NCBI GenBank assembly: GCA_958296135.2 | Contig: CATQHZ020000001.1 | Location: 1,888,001 to 1,952,000 of the forward strand | Direction: 5' to 3' | DNA: 64,000 nucleotides | Origin: an uncultured Poribacteria bacterium | GTDB taxonomy: Bacteria > Poribacteria > WGA-4E > WGA-3G | Shown here: positions 9,461 to 18,764 of the stretch, piece after piece | Layout of the letters: each line of letters opens with the position of its first letter | How positions within the stretch are numbered: the stretch's first letter is position 1 | The notes under the pieces: model-generated | The model's database searches: none | Told to the model about the DNA's origin: nothing | What the model saw: the letters and a program-made list of their open reading frames with translations, nothing else | Translations under genes and position numbers: made by a program

Positions 9461-10400
9461 GGACATCAACGGCAAATCCGATAATTGCCGCCGCAATGTT
9501 GATACCGGTGACAGATTCAAGTTCCTCAAACCCCGGCGATGGGTTCACCTCTAGGATAACCGGTCCACCCGCCGTTTGGAGCAGGTCTACACCGGCGATG
9601 TCCAATTCCAACGCGGCGGTTGCGCGGACAGCGAGTGATCTTTCATTTTCGGAGAGGGTTACCGCTTCGCCTGATGCGCCTCGGTGGATATTTGCGCGGA
9701 ATTCGCCGGGCGGCGCGCTCCGCTTCATTGCAGCGATAACTTCGCCTCCCACCACGAGGATGCGGATATCAACGCTTCCCGTATTCAACTGTAAGGGCGG
9801 ATGTCTATATCCGCCCGCGTCCGAAATAAAAGGTTGAATTATATAATCTTGATGCAGTTCACACAGGGCATCCACCGCCGAAGTGAGGGAAGTCTGCGTA
9901 TCTAGCAACATAACGCCGCTGCCGTGCGTGCCGTAGAACGGCTTTAAAATAAACGGGTAGTCGCCGAGCTCGGCGACAGCCTCATCCAAAAACTCGGCGG
10001 CACCGACGGTGAGACTCGGCGGCACCGGCAATCCGTGTTGCGCGAGGATGCGCAAGGAACGGAACTTATGGCGCGCGGTAGCTATCGCTTGTGCGCGATT
10101 CATCACCGGGGTGCCGAGCCATTCAAAATGCGCGATGACTTCTTGTCCGTATGCCGCCGTTGAGCTGCTGATGCGCGGAATGACGACATCAATATCTTCT
10201 ACCGACGCGCCTTCATAAGTCAGGCTATTGCCGCTGCCGCATTTTGCAGTAGGCGCGCTTTGCGAGCGCGCCCCACCGATGCGGAGATAGAATCCAAACG
10301 GATCAAGAATGTGGGCAGTATGTCCGGCATTTTCGGCGGCTTCATAGAGACTTCGCGTGGAATAATTTTGGGAGCCCCGTGAGAGAATAGCGATTTTCAT
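9456..10400 (-). CDS. rimK: RimK family ATP-grasp alpha-L-glutamate ligase
   Basis: MKIAILSR, DVVIPRI, EFRANIHRG, AGVDLL, LEVNPSPGFE motifs. Confidence 0.85.
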   Translation of the reverse strand: MKIAILSRGSQNYSTRSLYEAAENAGHTAHILDPFGFYLRIGGARSQSAPTAKCGSGNSLTYEGASVEDIDVVIPRISSSTAAYGQEVIAHFEWLGTPVMNRAQAIATARHKFRSLRILAQHGLPVPPSLTVGAAEFLDEAVAELGDYPFILKPFYGTHGSGVMLLDTQTSLTSAVDALCELHQDYIIQPFISDAGGYRHPPLQLNTGSVDIRILVVGGEVIAAMKRSAPPGEFRANIHRGASGEAVTLSENERSLAVRATAALELDIAGVDLLQTAGGPVILEVNPSPGFEELESVTGINIAAAIIGFAVDVL

Positions 10401-10512
10401 TTTTTGTCTGACTTTCGGCAAGGATTTCTCTTACATCACGTTCTTCTGCGTTTCGGTTGCAACTTTGGGGTTCAAGGGTTGATTGATTTTTCGCAGTTCG
10501 GCAGCAGCAACA

Positions 10513-11934
10513 CTACCCGAACGCAGTTTTAAGCTGTCCCAGCTGTCCCACTGCTTCTATCGCATCCTCAATCTCTTTTCTAGGGACGTTCGCGATAGTT
10601 GCATGGCTGAGCGGATTCAGAATACGACTCCGATACAATTCAATCTCGCTAATGAGCGATTGGGTTAAAAAGGCAGACTTCTGATTTTCAACTTTTATCG
10701 CATCCCAGAAATCCTGACTGTCCAATTTATTCGGTTCGCTGCGGTACCTGACCGGGATACGCTTTTTATCGCAGCATCTCTTGATTGCCTCCTCAAAAGC
10801 GGTACGCAGGTAAATTGCACACGCTTTGTAGTCGTTCAAGGTGAGAAATTCCCTCGCTTTGTCAAGATACGCTTTATCTGCCACGTAGATAGGGATTTCG
10901 TATTCATCGGTTTTCGAGAAATAGAATTCGGCGTATTTCCAATCTTTTTCTGATGTCCGTTGCTTGACAACCTCATACCATACCTTATCGTAGGTGGTTA
11001 GAAAGATTTGGTGATTCGGGAAATACGCCGCCAGAATGTCAAGCACCGGCAGCCGATTTGACATATCCAAGCCGATAAGCACATCGTCCAACGCGAGCAC
11101 CTTCAAGTCGCTCTCTGGCTGAAGGAGAATTGCCGCAAAATAGATAGCGAGAGAAATCGCCGACAACTTCGCCTCATTGAGGAAAAGGTGATGTGCCGGT
11201 ATTTCCCTGTCCAAGAATTCTACCGTTAAGAGGAGCTGCTGGTTATCTAGCGTCTTGGCTTCCCGGTTGTAGGTGATGCCTTCAAACGTGAGGTTGAGGG
11301 TAACGTCGTATCCGAACTTGCGGAGGATTTCGGATGCGAGCGTTTGTAGTTCTTCTACTTTATTCGTGAGTCCCCTATTGAAACGCTCTATTTGTTCATC
11401 TAATTCCGCAATCCGTGCTGCCGCGTTTCGGCGTGGACGAGGCGCGCTTTGGAGGGCCATCCATTCACCTCCAAGGGCTTGCGCGGTTACCTGATTAATA
11501 GTGTTAGCAAGAAGACTCTCCACTAGCAATTTGAAGAGATTCACATTGTCTGATTTGCTATGGAGAAAGTGGGTTTCCAGCAGCACCTTATAGTCAAGGC
11601 AGCCTTTGGATTTTGAAGCCGCAAGAATTAGCGGATTATCTGTCTCGTTCCTAACAGTCTGCGACCACTCATAGATGGCCTCATTTGCTTTCGGATCCTC
11701 GCGCAGATGAAGTTTGATGTAGCCATCATCGGCGTTGAAGATGTTCCGGTGCCTTTCAAATGGCGACCTTTCCTCACTAGACTCCAAGAACAATTTCAAC
11801 GCGAGATACAGCGACGATTTGCCGCTTCCGTTCTCACCGTAGACGAGGAGATTCTTACCAGCCTTATGCAAGTCAATCTGGTAGGTGCCGTAGAAAGCTC
11901 TGAAGTTTTTGAGCTCGATTCCGGTAATTCTCAT
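10513..11934 (-). CDS. ABC/SMC-type ATPase with C-terminal HEPN-like domain (PrrC/RloC-like)
   Basis: Walker A GENGSGKSS, signature-like FLNEAK, Walker B VLALDD; C-terminal helical domain with RILNPLSH (Rx6H). Confidence 0.75.
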   Translation of the reverse strand: MRITGIELKNFRAFYGTYQIDLHKAGKNLLVYGENGSGKSSLYLALKLFLESSEERSPFERHRNIFNADDGYIKLHLREDPKANEAIYEWSQTVRNETDNPLILAASKSKGCLDYKVLLETHFLHSKSDNVNLFKLLVESLLANTINQVTAQALGGEWMALQSAPRPRRNAAARIAELDEQIERFNRGLTNKVEELQTLASEILRKFGYDVTLNLTFEGITYNREAKTLDNQQLLLTVEFLDREIPAHHLFLNEAKLSAISLAIYFAAILLQPESDLKVLALDDVLIGLDMSNRLPVLDILAAYFPNHQIFLTTYDKVWYEVVKQRTSEKDWKYAEFYFSKTDEYEIPIYVADKAYLDKAREFLTLNDYKACAIYLRTAFEEAIKRCCDKKRIPVRYRSEPNKLDSQDFWDAIKVENQKSAFLTQSLISEIELYRSRILNPLSHATIANVPRKEIEDAIEAVGQLGQLKTAFG

Positions 11935-13868
11935 CGTTGCTTACTCTCAATGATGCGGATCGGTTTCAAAGTATCTAAAAAGAAATGGTTTTTCCGAACC
12001 GGATGATGTTTGTCAAACAGATGCTCAAAGATTTCGCGGATAGCAGGCACTTTATCATCGCCCGGAATCTCCTCAAGTTGCGGAAGACACTCATCAAACA
12101 GCGGCTGGAAGAAGTATTTATCCCCCTGATGGAGTTCATCGGGCAGATAGAGCTCATAAACCAGCCCATCAAGGATATGCCCAAAATACGCTACCATCAC
12201 GTAGTCGCGAGCGTTGGTTAACTCAGACCCGTCTGTCGTCGGCAACTTCTTAAGATAGAGGATGTATTCAACCAACTTGTGGAGGAGCGATCTCTGCGCC
12301 GAATCCATATCCGGAATCGGAATTTGCGCGACGGACCGGGGCGAAAACGTTAAAAATGAATCCTTCCGCTTCTGTGGTGTCGTTCGCGCGTGAAACCATG
12401 AAACCGCTCGCGTATTAAGCACACCGAGGATCCACAAATCTTGTGTAGGTAGAACAAACGAAGGGCTTCCGACATAGTAGCCTTCGTCATCAAAAGCAAA
12501 CGCCGTTTCGCTCGCCATGTACGGATAAACACATTTCGGCCGCTCAAAGCGAACGGGATCCCTAGCGGACTCTAGGAGTTCGTACCATTCCCGCCGACCG
12601 ATTCTCTCTTGCAGCACATCCTTGTATTCTTCCAAGTGCTTCTTAATCGCCGGGTAAGCATTGAGCTCTATTCCCCGATGGGTGAAAATGAGCCACCTAT
12701 TGCTTGGCTTCACGCGCCAACGTTTAATATCACGCATACCTAGAAACGGCTTCAAAATATCGGCAGATGATGGATGCGCTGCAATCAACGCATCCCGTGT
12801 GGCCGGGTCTATGATAAATGCTTTGTTCAACCCGGTTATAATACCGCTAGACCGTCCCTGAACGTATTCACCCAATGGTTTGCCAGCACAACGAAACTTC
12901 TCCAACAGTTGCAAGACCGCGTGGGTGTTCCGCAATTCGCCATCAGGAGTTAAAATCTTCTGCGTCGTAGTAAGACTGTTTACCGGATATTGCCTCAACA
13001 TTGCAACAATGTCTTCCGGCACCTTGAGCCCGTTCCGATTCTCAAACATTGAAACGCTTCTATAGGTGTTATGAAAAGCCGCGGTAATATCCATGCCCAA
13101 GTTCTTGGCGGCTGTCAAGTCTGCTCTAGCTTTATCCCATTCCCGCAGACTTAACCAGCCTTCACCGCGATTGTAAAAGGCATGGGCAAACTCCGGTTTT
13201 AGTTTTATCGCCATCGTCCAGTCTTCAATAGCGCGCGGCGAAATTGCTGTTTTCGCGTGGGCCATACCACGATTGTAATAAGCCTCGGCATACCACGGCT
13301 TGAGGTGAATTGCATCAGAGTAGGCTTCAACCGCCTTGTCCAATTGTCCGAATGTCATCAAAACGTTGCCGCGTTGGAACGCTAATTCGGCGTGTAATTC
13401 TTTTTCAGACATCTCGGACGGCGGATTCGCCTGAGATTGCATTGCGGTAACCGTGCTTTGGATGCGTTCCACTACATTTTTCCACCCACGACTTTCAGGT
13501 TTCCACGCGCGAATCGGTTTGCCTTTGTCAGGGAGAACCGGGAAGTCACTGAGTGGATGACGGAGCCAGTCACATTCCTCAATGATAATGGGAATGACGC
13601 GCATATTTGCGTTTAATGCCGCTGCCAACTCCTCGTTGCAATTTTCCGAAGCCAAGCTAGCAGCGGAGGTCAAGTAGAGCAGCAGGTTCAGCTTCGCGAG
13701 GCTGCTGAAAATAGCGTCGCGCCATTTGTCGCCGGCAGCGATTTCGGTATCGTGCCAGAGGCTTATCAAACCCTCGCGCTCTAGGGCAGCAAGGTGCGCT
13801 ATCAATTTATCCTTTGCCGCGGTATCTTTATGCGAGTAGGTGATGAAGATCTTTACCGGCTTGCTCAC
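11931..13868 (-). CDS. TIR - TPR - type IIG R-M target-recognition (TaqI_C-like) fusion protein
   Basis: TIR motifs IFITYSHKD, WHD, SENCNEE; TPR motifs AYYNRG/AFYNRG; GIITGLNKAFIID, KPFL..RDIKRW, WYEL, LGVLN, LVYELY typical of the Eco57I/TaqI C-terminal region. Confidence 0.8.
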   Translation of the reverse strand: MSKPVKIFITYSHKDTAAKDKLIAHLAALEREGLISLWHDTEIAAGDKWRDAIFSSLAKLNLLLYLTSAASLASENCNEELAAALNANMRVIPIIIEECDWLRHPLSDFPVLPDKGKPIRAWKPESRGWKNVVERIQSTVTAMQSQANPPSEMSEKELHAELAFQRGNVLMTFGQLDKAVEAYSDAIHLKPWYAEAYYNRGMAHAKTAISPRAIEDWTMAIKLKPEFAHAFYNRGEGWLSLREWDKARADLTAAKNLGMDITAAFHNTYRSVSMFENRNGLKVPEDIVAMLRQYPVNSLTTTQKILTPDGELRNTHAVLQLLEKFRCAGKPLGEYVQGRSSGIITGLNKAFIIDPATRDALIAAHPSSADILKPFLGMRDIKRWRVKPSNRWLIFTHRGIELNAYPAIKKHLEEYKDVLQERIGRREWYELLESARDPVRFERPKCVYPYMASETAFAFDDEGYYVGSPSFVLPTQDLWILGVLNTRAVSWFHARTTPQKRKDSFLTFSPRSVAQIPIPDMDSAQRSLLHKLVEYILYLKKLPTTDGSELTNARDYVMVAYFGHILDGLVYELYLPDELHQGDKYFFQPLFDECLPQLEEIPGDDKVPAIREIFEHLFDKHHPVRKNHFFLDTLKPIRIIESKQR

Positions 13869-13907
13869 GACTTTTCCTCCGCTGGGGTGCTAATTTGCGT
13901 TGGAGGC

Positions 13908-13936
13908 ATGATAACCTATTCGCGCAGAAATGTCAA
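13908..13936 (-). promoter_or_regulatory. sigma70 promoter of the TIR/ATPase operon
   Basis: TTGACA-17 nt-TATCAT on the minus strand; GGAGGA SD before GTG 13868. Confidence 0.7.
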
Positions 13937-14040
13937 CAAGAATTCACGGCGGCGATAAACATAACGCTACGGTTCAAGATAGGCAAGCACTTGCAGGATA
14001 AAACTCGCTGCTTATTCTCCGTTTCATGATAGCATCCATA

Positions 14041-14838
14041 TTAAGCTGAAGCGGCCTGATACATCTCCCGCATTACTATCAGGATATCCCGCGGCGCACC
14101 GAAAGTATCAGTGAGATAGCGTTTTTCTGCCTGCGTTCTGATGTCTTCGGGGATGCCATGCAGTGCCTCGGCGATAGGACCGGCGATGGCGGCGAGGGTA
14201 TCCGAATCGCCACCGAGAGAGATGGCGTTACGCACCGCATCCTCAAAACTCACGGATGCCAGCGCGCACGTGATTGCCGGTGGTACCGAGCCCTGGCAAG
14301 TCACGTCAAACTTGTACCAGGGTCGGATTTCGTCCACTGTCTGGGACAAGTCGTAGTCATATTTGGAGGTGATAGCCTCGCGGATGCTATCTACATTTTC
14401 GCCCTGATACGCGAGCCAAATCGCATGAGTTGTCGCTCGTGCGCCCTTTATGCCTTCCGGATGATTGTGCGTAATCGCAGTCACCTTGTCGGAGGCGGCA
14501 AGGGCTGCATCCAGATTATCGCGGTTGAGGAACGCCGCAGGCGAGACGCGCATGGCAGCACCGTTTCCGAAACTGTCATAAGGCTCAGGCACATCGCGAT
14601 AAATCCACTTCCCAAACATGCCGCCGTAGCCGCCCCGCGGATGACAGCGGCACCACTTCTGCATCGTCGCCGCGGGCGGGAGTTCGTGTAGCAGTATATC
14701 CGCTACCGCTGCTGTGCAAATCGAATCGTCCGTGAACCGGCAGTCTGTGCCAAAGAAAGGAAAATCCTTGGTTTTGATCTGATGCCTGCGTCTCTCATAT
14801 ATTGAGCCGACAATGTCGCCGATAATCGCGCCTATCAC
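14041..14838 (-). CDS. ADP-ribosylglycohydrolase (DraG/ARH family)
   Basis: GAIIGDIVGS, FTDDS, SFGNGAAMR, THNHPEG, GGDSDT; GTG start at 14838 with GGAGGA SD. Confidence 0.9.
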   Translation of the reverse strand: MIGAIIGDIVGSIYERRRHQIKTKDFPFFGTDCRFTDDSICTAAVADILLHELPPAATMQKWCRCHPRGGYGGMFGKWIYRDVPEPYDSFGNGAAMRVSPAAFLNRDNLDAALAASDKVTAITHNHPEGIKGARATTHAIWLAYQGENVDSIREAITSKYDYDLSQTVDEIRPWYKFDVTCQGSVPPAITCALASVSFEDAVRNAISLGGDSDTLAAIAGPIAEALHGIPEDIRTQAEKRYLTDTFGAPRDILIVMREMYQAASA

Positions 14839-14918
14839 GTTTCCTCCGCCGCCGTGGATGCCTCCGTTACGAGGCTCTAGCGGATTTTGTCCCAAAGACA
14901 AGAACGTTTGGGAATTTC

Positions 14919-14945
14919 GTAGGCGCGGTGTGCACCCGCGCCTAC
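14919..14945. repeat. GTAGGCGCG-family REP-like palindrome
   Basis: GTAGGCGCGGTGTGCACCCGCGCCTAC. Confidence 0.85.
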
Positions 14946-14970
14946 GGGGTTCCTCCTGCACAAGTCAGGA

Positions 14971-16629
14971 TTAGACCTCGGAATAAACCCAGATTTGGAG
15001 TGCCTTCTCGGCGAGTTCCTCTGCCCTTTCTCGGATAGTCTCTTCGTCCCACTTCTCCGCTCGGGCAAGGCTACGATTCAAGCGCAACGGGCTATCGCGA
15101 AATCCGTCTTTCATATACTGCTTCTCGCGGAAGGAGCGATTGCCCAACTTTGAATTGGAACCCGTAAAGGTGAGGTTCCCGATCGTGTGGAGGTACTTCT
15201 CCTGCGTTTCTCGGAAGTTTCCGCCAAGTTCAGCTTCCCATGCCTCAGACAGTGTTTGCGGCATCACGTGCTCGGTTGAGTACTCCGAAACGTTAACGGG
15301 TTCTCTACGTTCATAGTTTTCCAATTTGCGCAGCAGATACTCGCGCCTGTCAAAATTATAGACATCTTTAACCATCAATTCCCGCCGGAACTCGGAGTTG
15401 GCTGGATAACGTCTGTAGGCGGACATTCTCAAGAAAGCGGCCTTCACACTTTGAAGGTAATTGCTTTTGTCAATTTCCTTCGTCAGTCCCGCGAAGGTCT
15501 TATTCAAACTGTTCGTTGGAATACCACAGATAGCGCGCCGGAAGACGTAACTCTCCACCAACCGAAGAATCTCAATCAGTTCGGATTTTTCGATACGGCA
15601 TTGCGTCCAATCCTCATAGACTCCAAGTAAGAACGGAAACGCTACTTCAACGCCAAGGTCCAGAATATCCGCAAAACAATCTCGGATTTCCTGATCTTCT
15701 TCTTGAAGCAAAGCAATACGAACATAGTGCCTTGAATAGCGCGCAATTGCCGCAACCGCTTCTAACGCGTCCTGAGATTCTATGCTAGGAACATGCACTT
15801 TGAAACTCTCGTAAACGCTGCGAATGTTTGGGATCTTCCCTGTCATTAACGTGAGATAGTCTCTTATGAACCGGTCAAACCGCTTGGAGTATGCGTCCCC
15901 AAAACGTTGCTCCATAGGAAACCAATACTCTTCGTAAAGCATCTTCTGGAGATCGGTATCCTGGCCCATAAGCACGTAGTTGCGTATGAGATCCGCTTGC
16001 GATAGGCTGAGTCCAGTGGAATTGAGGCTCTCAAAGATCAGTTGCGGATTATCATGTCCACGCTCTAGCGCGATGTCCACAATCATTAACTTTTTAATGC
16101 CCTCGTATACTACGCCAAGTTCAGCTCTTTCAAGCTTGACTTTAAAAAAGGCGTAGTTCTCCACCAAGCGATGTGAAGCATCTGCGGGTTCTCTACGCTC
16201 CAACAACTGGATCAGCGTATCCTTGTCATGGCGCGTTAACAGTTGTTTGTAGCGCAGTTCGTCCTCTTCATCGGCGTTAAAAAGATAATAATTTGAGAGT
16301 TGTCTGGGACTTATGCCAATGTCACTACGCTTTTCTTCAATTGCTTTACCGAGTCCCAAAAGCAAAAGAGATAGGGTAGTTAACCGTTGTTGCCCATCAA
16401 TAACCAGAAATTCTGGCACCGTTGAAATGTTCCCAACCCCCGGTTGCATGTAGACGATTGAACCGAGAAAATGAGACGTAATCCCCGGATTTGCTCCGAT
16501 GCGCATGATGTCATCCCACAGCCGTTGGCAGTGCTTCTTTTCCCAACTATATCTGCGTTGAAAGATGGGAACAAGAAACTGCTTCGGTCCTTGAAGGAAT
16601 CGCAAAAAACTTGTTTCGTTTGCTTTCAT
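14971..16629 (-). CDS. gmrSD: GmrSD-type (DUF262 + DUF1524/HNH) modification-dependent restriction endonuclease
   Basis: VPIFQRRYSW, DGQQRLTT, IFESLN; C-terminal EHVMPQ and GNLT; start MKANET at 16629 with GGAGGA SD. Confidence 0.85.
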   Translation of the reverse strand: MKANETSFLRFLQGPKQFLVPIFQRRYSWEKKHCQRLWDDIMRIGANPGITSHFLGSIVYMQPGVGNISTVPEFLVIDGQQRLTTLSLLLLGLGKAIEEKRSDIGISPRQLSNYYLFNADEEDELRYKQLLTRHDKDTLIQLLERREPADASHRLVENYAFFKVKLERAELGVVYEGIKKLMIVDIALERGHDNPQLIFESLNSTGLSLSQADLIRNYVLMGQDTDLQKMLYEEYWFPMEQRFGDAYSKRFDRFIRDYLTLMTGKIPNIRSVYESFKVHVPSIESQDALEAVAAIARYSRHYVRIALLQEEDQEIRDCFADILDLGVEVAFPFLLGVYEDWTQCRIEKSELIEILRLVESYVFRRAICGIPTNSLNKTFAGLTKEIDKSNYLQSVKAAFLRMSAYRRYPANSEFRRELMVKDVYNFDRREYLLRKLENYERREPVNVSEYSTEHVMPQTLSEAWEAELGGNFRETQEKYLHTIGNLTFTGSNSKLGNRSFREKQYMKDGFRDSPLRLNRSLARAEKWDEETIRERAEELAEKALQIWVYSEV

Positions 16630-16756
16630 AATCCTCCCTCTATCGTTAGGATTTAGAGTTGAAATGCCTTCAACCCATAATATATTATACGATATGTCCA
16701 ATCGAAAGTCAAATTTATTTTCCCGCGGAGCAGGTTTGGGCTCGGTTGGAGCATAG

Positions 16757-16802
16757 CGAGGAAACCCTCGGCGATTAGTGCTCGCCGGGCCCTCGTCCTA
16801 CG
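16757..16802 (-). repeat. Long GTAG REP-like hairpin
   Basis: Similar to the 9408-9460 element (shared CCCTCGGCGATT...CTCGCCGGG). Confidence 0.7.
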
Positions 16803-16886
16803 GTAGGAGACGTAGTCGATTGGGAAATAAAAAAGCGTTGCATTTTTATGCAAATTCGGTTAACCTATATAAAATAGCACAGAACG

Positions 16887-17675
16887 ATGGAGGACACCAT
16901 GGAATACTTAGCATACGGAAAAACGGGTTTGGAAATATCGCGGCTCTGCCTCGGCGCGGGGCATCTCAACCATACCTGCGACAGTTACGCATCCGGTGGT
17001 GCACTGATGCTGAAAGCACTTGACGAAGGCATCACCTTTTGGGATACCGCCGAAGGATATGGCACGCAGCCGCATCTCGGTGAGGCAGTGCAGCAGATTC
17101 GCCGGGAAGAAGTTGTCATCCAAACGAAGACAGGCGCGAAAGATTACGACGGTGCCGCGCAAAGCATCGCGCGTTCCCTTCGCGAACTGAAAACCGAGTA
17201 TCTGGATGTCCTGCTGTTGCATGGTATCGCCACGCCGGAAGACTTAGCATCGCGAGAAGGCGCGCTTGAGGCGTTCCGCGATGCCAAAACGGCTGGCAAA
17301 ATCCGGATTATCGGGTGTTCCACGCACATTTACACCGGCCCTGTCATGGATGCAGTTATCGCGCATCCGGAACTTGATGTCATCCTCACTACTGCGAATA
17401 AGGAGGGGCGGATGTTAGAAGGTGGGCCGTTTGCACAGCATCTAGACTACATCCAGCGTGCCTACGACGCGGGGAAAGGCATAAGCATCATGAAGGTTAT
17501 CGTCGCGGGCGATATTCCGGAGGCGGATATGCCGGAATGGATCGAGTGGGGTTTCAACCTTGAGACAGCACACGCGATCAACCTCGGCATTACCGATTAC
17601 CGGCATATCACGCTGGATGTCGGGCTCGCCCGCGCCAGCGCAAGGCGGCGTTTGACGCAGCGCAAGGCGGCATAG
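16887..17675 (+). CDS. Aldo/keto reductase
   Basis: GKTGLEISRLCLG, WDTAEGY, YLDVLLLH, GKIRIIGCSTH. Confidence 0.9.
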   Translation: MEDTMEYLAYGKTGLEISRLCLGAGHLNHTCDSYASGGALMLKALDEGITFWDTAEGYGTQPHLGEAVQQIRREEVVIQTKTGAKDYDGAAQSIARSLRELKTEYLDVLLLHGIATPEDLASREGALEAFRDAKTAGKIRIIGCSTHIYTGPVMDAVIAHPELDVILTTANKEGRMLEGGPFAQHLDYIQRAYDAGKGISIMKVIVAGDIPEADMPEWIEWGFNLETAHAINLGITDYRHITLDVGLARASARRRLTQRKAA

Positions 17676-17692
17676 AGGAGGTTCCGAAAACC

Positions 17693-18754
17693 ATGCGCGC
17701 AATTATGTGTCGCGAACCTTGGGATTACCGCCTTGAGGAAGTCCCTATGCCGCACGCAGGGCCCGGCGAAGTCGTCGTCAAAGTGAACGCCTGCGGCGTT
17801 TGCGCCAGCGACATTAAGTGTTGGACCGGCGCGCCGCTTTTCTGGGGCGATGAACACCGGGCACCTTATGTGGAGGCTCCTGTCATCGCCGGGCACGAAT
17901 TTATCGGTGAAGTCGTTGAACTCGGCGAAGGCGCGGGCGAAAAATATGGCATCCAGATTGGTGATACCACCATAGCGGAGCAGATTGTCCCGTGTTGGGC
18001 GTGCCGCTACTGCCAGACTGGGAAGTATTGGCTGTGCCAAGTCCACAACATCTACGGTTTTCAACCGGTTGTCAACGGCGGCATGGCGGACTATATGAAG
18101 TTCCCCGCGCGTTCGCTTGTCCACAAAGTGCCATCAAATATGCCGGCAGCGCACGCGGCGATGATTGAACCGCTCGCCTGTTCTATTCACGCCGTGCAGC
18201 GCGGGGAGATTGAGTTTGGCGATGTCGTCGTCATCGCCGGCGCAGGCACACTCGGCCTCGGGATGATAGGCGCAGCTAAGTTGAAAAACCCCGGCATGCT
18301 CATCGCTATCGATTTGATACCGAAGCGGTTAGAAATTGCGAGAAAGTTAGGCGCAGACCTGGCTATCAACCCCGCAAAAACGGACGCTGTCCAGCAAGTC
18401 TTGGATTTGACGGAAGGCTACGGATGCGATGTCTACATTGAGGCAACAGGGCATCCGCACGCGGTAGAGCAGGGGCTCCGCATGATTCGGAAGGCTGGCA
18501 CCTTCGTGGAATTCAGCGTCATGCGCGAGCCGGTGACGGTAGACTGGACTATCATCGGCGATACGAAGGAACTGAACATCCACGGGGCACATCTGGGGCC
18601 TTATGCCTATCCGCTTGCGATTGACTATATCCACCGTGGAGCAATCGATGTAAGTCTTATCGTGACGCATCAATTGCCGCTAGAGGAATACCTCACAGCA
18701 TTTGAGATGGTTCGGAAAGGCGCGGATTCGATTAAGGTGCAGTTGGTGCCGTAA
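17693..18754 (+). CDS. Zn-dependent (MDR) sugar-alcohol dehydrogenase
   Basis: CASD, GHEF, structural Zn CxxCxxC...C, GAGTLG. Confidence 0.9.
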   Translation: MRAIMCREPWDYRLEEVPMPHAGPGEVVVKVNACGVCASDIKCWTGAPLFWGDEHRAPYVEAPVIAGHEFIGEVVELGEGAGEKYGIQIGDTTIAEQIVPCWACRYCQTGKYWLCQVHNIYGFQPVVNGGMADYMKFPARSLVHKVPSNMPAAHAAMIEPLACSIHAVQRGEIEFGDVVVIAGAGTLGLGMIGAAKLKNPGMLIAIDLIPKRLEIARKLGADLAINPAKTDAVQQVLDLTEGYGCDVYIEATGHPHAVEQGLRMIRKAGTFVEFSVMREPVTVDWTIIGDTKELNIHGAHLGPYAYPLAIDYIHRGAIDVSLIVTHQLPLEEYLTAFEMVRKGADSIKVQLVP

Positions 18755-18764
18755 AAACGGGTAG

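Noticed and set aside
9380-9529. N-terminal extension of the GT4 ORF (likewise the ORF-track starts at 2016, 14961, 39877, 40699, 44381, 53560 and 54969)
   Set aside because: The extensions run through REPs, IS ends or neighbouring genes; family-typical N-termini, often with SD motifs, lie downstream
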